Assembly: GCF_001194135.2 (NCBI RefSeq)
Contig: NC_068983.1
Coordinates: 150,836,541-150,900,540 of the forward strand
Direction of reading: 5' to 3'
Source: Octopus bimaculoides
Taxonomy: Eukaryota
DNA: 64,000 nucleotides
Shown here piece by piece: positions 1 to 12,005 of this stretch (within the stretch, counting starts at the first letter, position 1; every line of letters begins with the position of its first letter). Made by a program: the position numbers and the translations under genes. The notes below the pieces were generated by a model. The model was not told the DNA's origin, did no database searches, and saw only the letters and a list, made by a program, of their open reading frames with translations.

Positions 1-361
1 GAAGTCACCATGACCATGATTCTATAAAACGTTTTAAAATTTTGTAAACAGAGAGTTACTTACGTTTCTTGCATAAATAAAAGAAATTTTATTTAACAAA
101 TTGTGACACTAAGGACCGAGGTTACCGTGGTCTTTTCGTAGGTTTTTCTTTCCACGGATAACCTCCCCATTTATTGGTAATTTTCTGTATTATTTCGTAT
201 TTTTTGTAAATACCCCAAACGTTTTACGATGTTTTTTTTTCATCGTTGTCCCCACTTTTGTTTGTCTTTTTTTTCTGCTTTGTTTTCGCCCCCCTCGAAA
301 AGAAAAACTCTTCATTTGTATTTCGTCCCTTCTATGTTGAGCCCTGTGTGGCTAATAAAGA

Positions 362-474
362 AACATATCTATCTATCATCTGCCTGCCTGCTCGTCTGTC
401 TGTCTGTTTGTCTGATTGTCTGTCTGTTTGTCTGATTGTCTGTCTGTTTGTCTGATTGTCTGTCTGTCTGTCTT

Positions 475-561
<87 letters not shown>

Positions 562-575
562 GTGTGTGTGTGTGT
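362..575. repeat. Compound microsatellite (TATC)n/(GTCT)n/(GT)n with a 20-bp higher-order unit
   Basis: Direct reading; CTGTCTGTTTGTCTGATTGT repeated about 3 times. Confidence 0.95.
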
Positions 576-939
576 ATTTGGTGTTAAAAGAATTTTAGAA
601 ACTTTCGAGAAATTATTTATAGCTTTATGTGCTTCGAGATCCATTGTTCTCCCTCCAACCACCCCCCCAAAAAAGAAAGAAATTCACATTCGTTTGAAAG
701 CTTTTAAAGCTTTTATGACGTCAGCAATGAACGATTCTCGCTGGTAAGAATAAAGTTTCTAAAATGGAGATAAACATTCGAAGGACTGTTTTTAGTCTAG
801 TAGTAGAACTGCTGTCAAGTCTCCAGGAGATGTGGGTTCGTGTTCCACGCACAACTTTCGACGTTTCGTATCCAGAAAGGTTTTCTACTATTAATTGTGC
901 GCTTTAAGACGCACAGTAAAAAAATATAGATCCCACAAC

Positions 940-1330
940 ATATCTATCTATCTATCTATCTATCTATATATATCCATATGCATGTATACATGCATACACA
1001 CCTATATATACACACATACAAATGAATTCAAACACGAAGAGAGAGAGAGAGTGAGAGAGAGAGAGACCCATACGATAGTATAGGTATTTCAGTACATTCA
1101 TACAGACACGTATATACGTACATACATACATACAAACACACATAGATACATACATGCATACATGCTTATAACCATATCCATACATAAATGTATACATGCA
1201 CACACATACACACACATACGTATATAAATACATGCACGAAGAATATATACATACACATGCACATACGCACGTATATATAGACACATATATTTCTGTACAT
1301 ACACTCATATACATACATATACATATATTT
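940..1330. repeat. Low-complexity TA/CA/GA microsatellite block
   Basis: Direct reading. Confidence 0.9.
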
Positions 1331-2357
1331 GAGATGATTTGGCCTACAGAAGACCCCAAAATGTATTTTTATGTTCCTATTTCCCTTTCATACTTTCTGC
1401 ATTATATCCAATTTCTTGTATATCTCTCCTTCTCCAGAATAACTTCTAAAAAAATGAACTCTACCATTTCCTTCTATTGAAGCTTTTTTTTATCTCGTCT
1501 CTGATGCTGGGATATCATTTATATCCTTGAAACAGCTGTAAGACCACCTTTCAATAGAAAGTCCTAGGAATATCAAATTGCCCTGGCTTTGTTATGTTAT
1601 TTTATTTTATTTTACACGCACGCACGTATACACACACATACATATACATGCACACAAATATATACAATCAGATATACACCCACGTACCTACACATGCACA
1701 CAGATGTAGATACACACGCATAAACAAGTACGTGCCTATACACACACAGAGACAAACACTGCCTACTGACTCACTCACAAGTATAAACATATAAACACAC
1801 ATATAAATGCATAGATATACAAAGTGAAACTTAAAATTTGGGTCGCAAGAAATGAATCTAAAAAAATATAAAACCAAAATGTAAATCACCCTCCATTACG
1901 CTCAAATGAAATAACGAGAGAAATTTCATATATAAGAAAAGCCTGAAACATGATCGTGGTTGCGCTGGTGATGGTATCATGATGGCGGTGTTGGTGCTGG
2001 TGCTGGTGTAGTGATGGTATAAACTGTGGCGATATTGGCAAGACGGTCAACACATCTAAATATTTTAGATTTATCGGGCCATTATCATCTGTAAACACTG
2101 CTTGATAAATTTGTTGAAAACTTCATCCAATTAAGAGATGAAGTTAGGGAAGAGGACAACAAAAGGTAAAAAATTAAAATATATCAGTTTAAATTACTGA
2201 TTAAAAAAGATTGAAAAAGAACGGGAAAATATGCTATGAAAGAAGGAAAAGAAACCGAAAAACGATTCTAAAAAGGGAAAATTATAAAATATCTGCTGAT
2301 GAAATTGTGAGGAAAGAAGTTAAGCTTGATAAAAACTAATTCCATGAATTCATCTGT

Positions 2358-2596
2358 ATTATGTGTATGTGTGCATACATATATATGTGTGTATGTGTGT
2401 GTGTATTTGTATGCGTGTATGTATGTGTGTATATACGTATATATGTGTATATATTTGTGTGTGTATGTGTGTTTGTGTGCATATGTGTGTGTATGTGCAT
2501 ATGTTTGTTTGCATGTATGTATGTCTATATATGTAGATATATATGTGCATGTGTGTGTGTGTGTGTGTATGTGTGTGTGTGTGTGTGTGTTTGTGT
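2358..2596. repeat. (TG/TA)n array, probably the expanded internal microsatellite of the adjacent SINE-A
   Basis: Runs straight into the SINE-A 3' module at about 2597. Confidence 0.85.
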
Positions 2597-2793
2597 GTCC
2601 CCACCATCGCCTGACAACCGATGTTGGTGTGTTTACGTCCCTGGAGCCTTAGCGGTTCGACAAAAGAGACCAATAGAATAAGTACTAGGCTTACTAAGAA
2701 TAAGTCCTGGGGTCGATTTGTTTGACTAAAGGCGGTATTCCAGCATGGGCGCAGTCAAATGACTGAAACAAGTAAAAGAATAAAAGAATAAAT
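2597..2793 (+). mobile_element. SINE-A 3' half
   Basis: TGACAACCGATGTTGGTGTGTTTACGTCC...GCAGTCAAATGACTGAAACAAGTAAAAGAA; matches copies at 25830, 36335, 44512 and 63065. Confidence 0.9.
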
Positions 2794-3001
2794 AGATATA
2801 TAAACGATGTTTTGTCAGTGAACAGGTCGCGGGTTCTAAGCGACGAAAATATTTTGACATAAATGAAATTTGAATTTTGAAGTAAATCTAACGGTTTTTT
2901 TTTGTGTTCTTAAATGGCTCATAAACATCTTCCACGCTGCAATTGTTTTTGTTTCAGCACACAATCTCAGATCAAGTCACTTGCTATGCAAGGACATCTC
3001 C

Positions 3002-3012
3002 GTAATATATAT

Positions 3013-3056
<44 letters not shown>

Positions 3057-3082
3057 TTTTTTTACTATACATGTATATGAAT

Positions 3083-3113
<31 letters not shown>

Positions 3114-3150
3114 CGCACACATATGTATGTACGTGCGCACACAAGCACAT
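3002..3150. repeat. (TA)n + (CA)n microsatellites
   Basis: Direct reading. Confidence 0.9.
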
Positions 3151-3567
3151 GTATTTCATATTCTGTTGTACAAATGATGATTAACAAAACGTTAACGGCA
3201 AATATCGTGCTTTATTATAATGTTTTTATTAGGAGGGGAGGAATTTCAGCAGACAGTTCCAGTGGTATGAGTACGAACTCATGAACCAGACACGGTTGAA
3301 GGCAAGTGTTAGCTGGTATTCAATAAGAAAGTAATTACATTAAAGATAAAAAGAGCCAATATACTCACACACCTACACACACACAGACACACCTACACAC
3401 ACATACACACACACATGCACATGCGTACACAGTTAACTGTTCTATGCTTTTGTTTGAACTATAACGCAACAAGCACAATTGAGGGCAATATAAGCTCTGA
3501 ATCTATTTAGGTTTGATGTAATTATTTTACAAAACTGACCCTACATACGGAAAGACTTACTTCCTAC

Positions 3568-3849
<282 letters not shown>

Positions 3850-3850
<1 letters not shown>

Positions 3851-4950
3851 GCCTTTTATCACTTTATCAATTTTTATTCTATGGCCTGTAGGTATGCAAG
3901 TGTGACCTATCAATGTTACTATGCCTCAAAATTAGTTTTGTAGGTATGATGGAGTTTAGTACCATATTCCTCTTATCATTTTATTACCGCGACGTAGGTT
4001 CTCAGGTTTTAGACAGAAAAATGTTTGAATGTTGCCGTAATATATTTGATGATCCATTCGATGTTCGACGTCAGGATATCGGAAGGTAATGGGTCATAGA
4101 ACGACAAGTTATTAGAGCATTTTGTCATAACTCTGGATGGAGTACGTAGAGGGAAATATACTGTGACGTCGAGTTTGGAGAATGTCACAGTTCTCATTGT
4201 CAAAGTTTGATGCCAGTTCTTCTAAACTTCTAAACACACACACACATACACGCACACATACACGCACATATTCACATATATAACTATATATCTTTCCAGC
4301 CTGAAGACTCAGAGTTTTCAATTGTTCCAGTACTTCATCAGGTTGACCAACATACTTATAGAACCAGCAGAGATTCCTGTCTTCTTTTCCAGATAATCTC
4401 AGAAACCATCATGCCAATCGCTTGCGCATTGTTGTCTTTTTAATAATTTGAAGCGATGCATCATTTCTCATCTTTATCCCTATGTCATACACTTATTTTG
4501 ACTCTAGGATTCTCTCCAGCTCCAGTGTATCCTAGTTGCAAAATGTAATCATTCTGCAGGCATTAAATTGCATGTTGTTTTCCTCAGTGCATTTGAATAT
4601 TGCAATGAGATATTTCAGGACGTTTTGACGTCATCGGAGCTCTTGGTTGCCTTTCATATTTTGATATCATTAGCATAACTAATGAGAGTGACTGTTCGTA
4701 TAACTTAGGTAAGCATCTTAAGCGATAATGTCCTCATTATGATTGAATGAATAATGTTGGCTGTTATAACTTGAATCCCGTCTAGTGAAAGGTCATGCAG
4801 CCATTTTTCTAGTTTTCGAACTAAGCTAAGATCATGTAGTTTGCGATAGATTATGCTGAAATCGTAATGTTGTGATCTATCATATTCACACTTGAATGAC
4901 TGAGCGACCAAAGTTTCGTGGCGCAGAACACATTCACATTACCAGATGTT
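3850..4950 (-). mobile_element. Degenerate CR1-like LINE: RT domain to 3' end
   Basis: Minus-strand peptides RKLHDLSLVRKLEKWLHD, SYANDIKI (YADD-like), EENNMQFNA, EQLKTLSL, LEELASNF..TPSRVMTKCSNNLSF and EPTSR; the C-terminal part is colinear with the LINE at 16855-17335; many stops and frameshifts; microsatellite at 4224-4290. Confidence 0.75.
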
Positions 4951-5158
4951 GGGAGTCAGAACAGAGAGAAAATATTTAAATACAATTTAAAATGACCTCT
5001 AGATGAAAATATTTAAATCTTCATTGGTCAGTATAGATCACATGACTTTTATAACTATCTAGTAAAATCATTTTTACATTCCATTCTCCATCAGTTCTTT
5101 CACAGCATATGGTAAGGTATACTGAACGTTGGCATCAGTTAGTCGGTATTCTGTAGAG

Positions 5159-5519
5159 CATAGCTTCCCAAAGTGGGCCATATTGCCCACCAGTGGGCGA
5201 TTTCAACTTACAGGTGGGCGATGGGTGAATTTCTAGAAAATGGTGTGCGATTTGAGATTTTGGTGGGCGATGTGAACATTTTGTGGGTGACAAAGAATTT
5301 TTAGAAATTAATTCTGCATTTACTAGGCATGCCTAGAATAAGGATGCACTTTTATCGATTTGACTACTGAATATTCCAAACTGGTATAGTAATCCGTTTG
5401 AGGTCGATGCAGTCGATTGCGTTTGGTTTTTTTTTTTACACAGGTGGGTGATGGAGCATTTGTTGGCTGATAGGTAGGCGATATTGCAATTTGGCGCGAA
5501 AAGTTTGGGAAACACTACA
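5159..5519. mobile_element. hAT/Charlie-type MITE
   Basis: Imperfect TIRs CATAGCTTCCCAAAG / TTTGGGAAACACTA; 8-bp flanks CTGTAGAG (5151-5158) and GTGTAGAG (5520-5527); internal GTGGGCGA repeats. Confidence 0.7.
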
Positions 5520-5539
5520 GTGTAGAGTGTAACATTTCA

Positions 5540-6100
5540 GTGACAACAGTTATCGCGTACAGAGGTAACCAGTTTGCTGGTGTTGGGTTACATATGAATT
5601 TGTGCCTGCCAGAAGCCGTAATATCCCTGTAAACACCAGGGATCATATTCCCTGTACTTGTGCGTGTGTCAGCTAGGCTTAAGGTGGTATTTTCAGGTTA
5701 ACAAAGGTTTGAAGTTAATGAACAGAGCGTATCTCTAATGAGAGTAATAGAATAGATCGGTTATTCTTTTGGTAGATTCTGCAAGATTGTGGAGTATAGC
5801 TACTTTCTCATGACGTCAGGATCAGCAAATACGAGTAAGGTAGACACTGACAAATATGCTTCGTGTAATATTGAAGAAGTCGATTTGATGGTCTTCGGAT
5901 CAAGCAGGACTATGAGTTGAAGTTTGCCCTGCCCTTACACCTGAAGGAGTACATATATTACGTAGACCATCTTTTGAGGTGAGCTGAGCTGACCAATAGA
6001 GATTTAAAGTTTCCCACATAGGTGTTATGTTAAATTTCTTTTAAATTCTGTTCATTGTTAGCCCAAAAATCTGATGATGTGGACGCGCTTTGTGTCAATG
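5540..6100 (-). mobile_element. Possible endonuclease-region remnant of the same CR1-like LINE
   Basis: Weak peptides ANFN (GDFN-like) and DFFNITRSIF..LTR; same strand as, and upstream of, the RT remnant. Confidence 0.35.
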
Positions 6101-6155
6101 AAACTTTAAGTATTCTGGCGCTTAATCAGCTTCTTATTAAATATATATATATATA

Positions 6156-6316
6156 GGTGTGGATGTGTGGTAAGAAGTTTGCTTCCCAACCACATGGTTC
6201 TGAGTTCAGTCCCACTGCATGGCATCTCGGGCAAGCATCTTCTGCTATAGCCCCGGGTCGACCAAAGCCTTGTGAGTGGATTTAGTAGACGGAAACTGAA
6301 AGAAGCCCGTCGTGTA
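6156..6316 (+). mobile_element. SINE-A 5' half (tRNA-like head + CORE-like body)
   Basis: GTGTGGTAAGAAGTTTGCTTCCCAACCACATGGTTCTGAGTTCAGTCCC...GTAGACGGAAACTGAAAGAAGCCCGTCG. Confidence 0.9.
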
Positions 6317-6421
6317 TAAGAAGGATAAAAGAAGAATACAACTTTAAATGAATGCGTTGAATGGTACTGTCTTTCGTTTGTTCATCCATTTNNNNNNNNN
6401 NNNNNNNNNNNNNNNNNNNNN

Positions 6422-6459
<38 letters not shown>

Positions 6460-6479
6460 GTGTATGTTATCTTCTTCTC

Positions 6480-7290
6480 TATCTCTTTTTAATTTAGAGT
6501 AAATTCTGACCGTCCGCTTTCTTGGTGGCAAAATTGTGAAGGAAGACATCTTAAGATGGTCTTGCAGATTCTTATAGTCCTAGAGATCACAATCATCTAT
6601 AATGTATGGATTAAGGATTTGAGTTCTTTCTTCAAGAACTCAGGTTCAGCCATATCTTGCTCCAGACGGGTTCGTATGCATCCTGTTGCTCCAATGATAA
6701 TAGGTATGAAACTCGAAGGGTATCTGGGGTAATGGATTTACCAACTCCTTATCAATGGTCCATAGATAATCTCCTTCTCTTGTATTTTTGTAACCACATT
6801 AGTTTCCAAAGGATAGCTTATTTCCACAACAGAACATATCATTTCCTTATGGTCCCACATAATATCTGAGCAGTTGTATTTTAATTTGGTGTCTGTTTTA
6901 ATTTTTAAGTTCCACCAATATACTTTCGACACATCGGTTCCAATATAGTCAACTTCGTCTGTATGTGTTTTCATTTTTGTTACATGTTCCACCCCGCTCT
7001 GGTCACCGCATTTTGCCTCATGGAACGATAATAACTGGAAGCCATTCTCACGCAGTTGGCAATAATGTGGTTGATGCTTTCACACTTGGTCTTGCACAGC
7101 TTACATTTGTTGTCTGCCTGTTATGCTGTAGGTTCCTGGTGGGGATCTCTTCTTGAATTTCATGGAGGTAGCCCTCAAAGTCGGATGTCATAATCTTGTC
7201 GGTACTCTATGCCAAGCTTTTAACATGATCAATCTCTTCTATGTTTTGCGTTTTTCGTACCAAGTACCCATGTACTATCATCTCAGTGAA
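6480..7290 (-). pseudogene. 3' fragment of an RLE non-LTR retrotransposon (R4/Dong-like)
   Basis: TSDFEGYLHEIQEEIPT; CCHC knuckle CKLCKTKCESINHIIANC; RLE-like YNCSDIMWD..VVEISYP..KEIIYGPL..FIPIIIGATG..ICKTIL; frameshifts and stops. Confidence 0.8.
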
Positions 7291-8237
7291 CTACTCCATT
7301 TTATTTTATTTCGCTCTTTATGAATGTATGCATGTATGTATGTATGTATGTATGTATGTACACACACTCACTTATACGCATGCGCGCGTTCAGATGTATA
7401 ATAGAATATTTAAAGAAAGTGAAACGTGTTAAGACAAAGAATTCTTACTTGAAAGAGAATAATTCTTTCTCATGCACGAATCTTTGTATTTGTAGGTTCA
7501 TCTTTGTTTAAAAATGTAAGCATATATTCGACCTTCAATCGCAGGTGAACCAAGTAAAATAAATTTTATATACACTCATACACACACGTATCATATGCGC
7601 ATATGTGTGACTGCGTGTGAGCAATTCTGAACACACACACACATACACCACACGCACTGACACACACACATGTATGTATGTATCGTATATATATATATAT
7701 ATATAAATAATTATGTGTGCTGTGTGTATGTATAATATATACACATGCATATATTTTACACATAATTCTACAAGTATTTATATATGTACACATGTACGGT
7801 TGCATGTATATGTGCTTGTAGTACTGATGCAGATAGCACAATTATGTGTGGAGATGAATAAAAACTGCACAAAGCTGACTCAGCTCACTTCGTTGTAAGT
7901 GGAATCCGAACTTCACATCTTATTTATTTATCACCATTTACTGTTACAGTTTATTTCTTCACCACTTCAATCCTACATTAGGGAACATTTCTCATTACGA
8001 AATACCAACTAGTTAAGTTTTTCTCTCTGTATCGGGAATCAATGGAAAGAAGTATTGCTAAGTTAGTCTTAACATATTTAATACAGGGGGTGGGGTTTTC
8101 TTAAAACGCTATGTTGTAATACAATGCACACACAAAGAAATATTGGTCTTTGATTCACATACATGAGAGATGAACCAAACGAAAGTATTTGGAAAATATT
8201 GGTATCAGATTTCGTTTGGTTAAAAAAAAATGTGCAT

Positions 8238-8395
8238 GACTGTGTAGTTAAAATGCTCACTTTGCAACCATATGGTTTCGGTTTCAGCTCCACTTCAAGG
8301 TTCCTTGGGTAAGTGCTTTTTGTACAATAGCCTCTGGCCGACCAATGTCTTGTGAGTGAATTTGATAGATAAAATCTGTGAAAATCCGTCGTGTA

Positions 8396-8398
<3 letters not shown>
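8238..8398 (+). mobile_element. SINE-A 5' half, diverged, followed by (TA)n
   Basis: Colinear with 6156-6316. Confidence 0.8.
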
Positions 8399-8431
<33 letters not shown>

Positions 8432-8444
8432 CAACAATCTTTTT

Positions 8445-8755
8445 GTGCATGATACAAAAGATTGTACAGCAGCTGGCCTAGCTACAAACATAGGCTTGGA
8501 ACACACCCACCATCACACAAGGCCACCGTCGACAACAGATACAAGATGCTCACCACTATCCCCAATACAGACGTCACAAAAATATTTCTTCTAAATATAG
8601 GAGGACTGTTGCACGGCAACTGTAAATCAAAAGCCTCGTTCCTGAAAGACCTTGCTGCAAGCAATCAAACTTTATGCATAGCACTTGTGGAAACGCACCT
8701 TAGACCTGATGTAGGGGATGCAGAAATACACATACCACAGTATGATTTGAACTGA
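8445..8755 (+). pseudogene. LINE ORF2 N-terminus (AP endonuclease), probably CR1-like
   Basis: FLLNIGGL..KASFLKDLA..CIALVETHLRPDVGDAEIHIPQYDL fits the start of the APE domain; truncated by the MULE remnant. Confidence 0.75.
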
Positions 8756-8759
8756 GTGC

Positions 8760-9560
8760 GCAGAGTGTCAAAACAAATACTGGAAGATATTCTGTTAACA
8801 CTCTCATGATTTTGCCACCGACTGAGCCTAGCTACTCTGATATGACAGGGGAGGTGAATGAGTTCATATACGTGATGCAGATTTCTTTATGTTCGCCTAG
8901 CAGATGATAGTAAGTATTGTTGTTTTGGAAGACTAACGTTCAACCCAGGGACAAGGGAGAGTAACCATCAATAACATCACACATTGGAAGAAATGCTAAT
9001 GCAGTGAAGCATTTGATTTTGTTAAATTCTGCGTCTGTTTGGTAGCGAGACTTTAAACCGATATCCGCAATGTGGCGATAGATATTCTTAGCCATATTTG
9101 TTGGAAATATATCACAGAAAGCATTGATAATTGCTTCCTTGAAATCAACCATTAAGGTTTCGGGCTCAATGATGGGTGAAAGTCCTTCAAAGCGCTAAAA
9201 AGCCTTTTGTACGTTACTTATGATTTAATAGGTAGCAAAACAAAAAGTCGTAGTGTGCTAATATTTCGTATGACAATATGTAACGTGAACAACTGATAAT
9301 ATATATCTGGGCTGCATTTAAAAGTACGATCACAAGCCCAATCCTTATTATTCTCATCTAACCTAGCTTGTGTGCCAAACACTAAAATTCTCTCCGGATT
9401 ATCTGCACCACTAGTGTATAATAAAATCTTCAAAGCATTTTCAGGAAACCTGTATTCTTCAGGTATTATATTCCCACTTATTCCGGTTGGGATCGGGGGA
9501 GCTTGGCTTTTCTTTTACCTCTAACCTCTAATATTAGAGACAAATGCGATGACGTCAGCA
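8760..9560 (-). pseudogene. Mutator-like (MULE) transposase remnant
   Basis: ERILVFGT..WACDRTFKCSPDIYYQLFTLH..LLPIK; VDFKEAIINAF..FP; GLKSRYQTDAEF..ALAFLP. Confidence 0.85.
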
Positions 9561-10015
9561 TCAGAAATTAGATGACATTTCTGCAATTAACGACCGTGTA
9601 AAAGTTTGTGAATTAGTGGCTAGTGATTTCAATTTCGCTTTTGCAATGTAAACTTTTGGTTTTGAAGTATGAGAAGGATGGCAATGCTTACTGAATGTTT
9701 TACATATAGATAAATTATCATTTCCCAGCACGGTTTACACTCTTGGTTTACATTCTCTATTTTCACATTTCCAATATATTTTTTCACCGTATTTTTGATC
9801 TATCCTATAAACAAAGTTAAGGCTATCAACTAATTTCCCACTGCCTCTGCTAGTTCCCACTTGGTAGACCATTGTAATGGGTTGGCTACCCCCACCCCCC
9901 AAAAAAATATTGTTGAATGAATAAAGAAATTTTAAATGAGTTAAGAAATTGCTTTACCCCTTCTTATTGGTTGAAACAATTATATACCAAAGAGGGACAA
10001 TTCATCTTTTGTCTT

Positions 10016-10075
10016 GCGGCGAACTTTCCTACGGTCAAAATTCCTGAGGCGAATTTTCCTGCGGCAAACTTTCCA
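10016..10075. repeat. Four 15-bp tandem units (GCGGCGAACTTTCCT-like), possible MULE subterminal repeats
   Basis: GCGGCGAACTTTCCT ACGGTCAAAATTCCT GAGGCGAATTTTCCT GCGGCAAACTTTCCA. Confidence 0.7.
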
Positions 10076-10079
10076 GTTA

Positions 10080-10290
10080 CGAGCAGAATCGTTATAGCAA
10101 GCTGGACAAAATGCTTAACGGCATTTCTTCTCTGTCTTTACGTTCTGAGCTCAAATTCCGCTGAGGTCGACTTTGCTTTTCATCTATTTGGAGTCTATAA
10201 AATAAGTATCAGTTGAGCGCCAGGGTCGATACCATCGACTTCCCCATCCCTCAAATTTGCTGGTCTTGTGCCAGAATAAGAAGGGATTAA
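10080..10290 (+). mobile_element. SINE-B
   Basis: CAGAATCGTTA..TTCTGAGCTCAAATTCCGCTGAGGTCGACTTTGCTTTTCATC..GGTCTTGTGCC; colinear with 28240-28435. Confidence 0.85.
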
Positions 10291-10373
10291 TAGTAATCAG
10301 GATATCCGAATCTACTCTTGTAATAACTTGCTGTTTGAATGTTCTACTTCTTATTGCACATTTCCTTATGTAG

Positions 10374-10447
10374 TGCCATTGCTTGTTAAAAGATACAGGA
10401 GAAAGTGGTTCTCAAAGTGGAAGAACAGTACCAAATACAACACGGAG
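10374..10447 (+). other. Candidate exon, 74 nt
   Basis: Acceptor tttccttatgtag, donor GAG|gtgagt; two open frames; no protein family recognised. Confidence 0.2.
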
Positions 10448-11927
10448 GTGAGTCCTTAGGAGACTGCCCTTTATGCTAACCTGTCTACACATCGCCACTG
10501 AGCTACTTACACAAGTTTTAATATTTGTTAGCAGCGAACTACAAAACATTCCTCTATAAGACACGGAAGTCCTACAAAAATCCAGGTTGTTGTTCTTTGT
10601 CTTCTGACTGAGCCATAATAATAACACTGTGTAACATGATTTTTGTACTTGGGTAGCATTGTTATTTCTTATTTGCTTACTTCTAGAAAGTACGAAAAAT
10701 GGCTAATATTTCCTTCAAACTGCTTTTGTTATATTTATTCAACACATAGCTATGACGCTCCCCAACTACTCTTGCTCATGATCAGAGATGCACATATTGT
10801 CAGCTACTAAGGGACATGCTGAAACGGTTATGGTCAAGCAACTGACAAGCAAATCTGTGGTACTGAGCAGAATATTTGCTATTACGATATCTCTGCTTCA
10901 GAAAGTCTGTGCTGAATATGTCTGAAATGTAATAGGAAATATGTCAGTTTCAAAACATTGACGTCCAGGTCACAAAAGTCAAGTTTGAAGGAAATAGTAG
11001 TCATTTCCTTTGATTTCTAGAATAGAAATAAATAAGAAATAATACTCATTGACAAAAAAAAAAAAAAAAAAGCATTAAAATTTTACTTGACAGTGTAATC
11101 TAAGTTTTGTGTTTCGGGGGTTCGAATTCTGCTAATGTCAATTTAGCTTTTTATCTTTTCTGAAACATCAAAATAAGCAGATGCCATATCATGGAGTTAA
11201 TCAACTACAACTTATGGTATGAGAATTTCAGTGTCACGGCTATACAAAAGTGATAAGCTCCCGACGAACTGAATGTGCGTCGCAGGTTCATCACGCGCAT
11301 GCATCTACATCAAATTCAACAATCCTTTGTATGTGCAATTACTGACCTTATTTAGTTGTCCTTGGCAACGTACTAAGAATTTTTCTAAGCTGAGGATAAC
11401 CCACACAAAGATATCAAGGATTAAGGAATACATTAATTTTTTTTCTAGGTGTTTTATATATTGTTTACTACTATCTGTATTATACTCTGAACTGACAGTC
11501 AAAAATGATACATTATTATGTCTTTTACACGAGTTTATTTTCGCACTTTAAAGATCTATCACATATCGTTTGCTGGTTGTTATTGTTGCTGTTAGTGGTC
11601 TAAACACAATTCAATCATAATTCGACCATAAGCAGCAGTTAAAAAAAAAAAAAAAAATACAGAAAATAAATGTTGCGACATGAATTGCTTTTTTTTTAGG
11701 TGTTTAATGCTTCTGACTGGCACTATCGTTTGTCTGTTATAGAAGATATAAATAAAACGGTGAGGTTTAGCAGCAGCTAAAAAAGACTCGTGGGAGTACA
11801 TCGAATATGAAGTAACAAAAGCTCACTCTGTGAATGGAAAACTGTGATGCCGTCTTTCAAATTTCTTGGTTCCAGCCATTTCAGGAATAGATGTCAGTCA
11901 TCTCTCTGCGTTTGAGTAAATGCGTAC

Positions 11928-12005
11928 CTGTAAGATAGTTTCGCCGATATTTCGAGTTTTCAAACTCATCTCCAACAGTTATTCTCGAACATTCTGCTGG
12001 TTTGT
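11928..12005 (-). CDS. Candidate coding exon, 78 nt, phase 1-1
   Basis: ttatctctctacaag|AC KPAECSRITVGDEFENSKYRRNYLT G|gtacgc; only one open frame; non-repetitive context. Confidence 0.3.

Noticed and set aside
65-109. Minus-strand 45-nt exon candidate (CHNLLNKISFIYARN)
   Set aside because: Very AT-rich with a weak acceptor; its AAATTGTGACACTAA also occurs near 15228, suggesting repeat origin.
11950-11995. CSRITVGDEFE resembling the GCNT-family C..I..GD..E stem motif
   Set aside because: Too short, and no catalytic-domain sequence was found.
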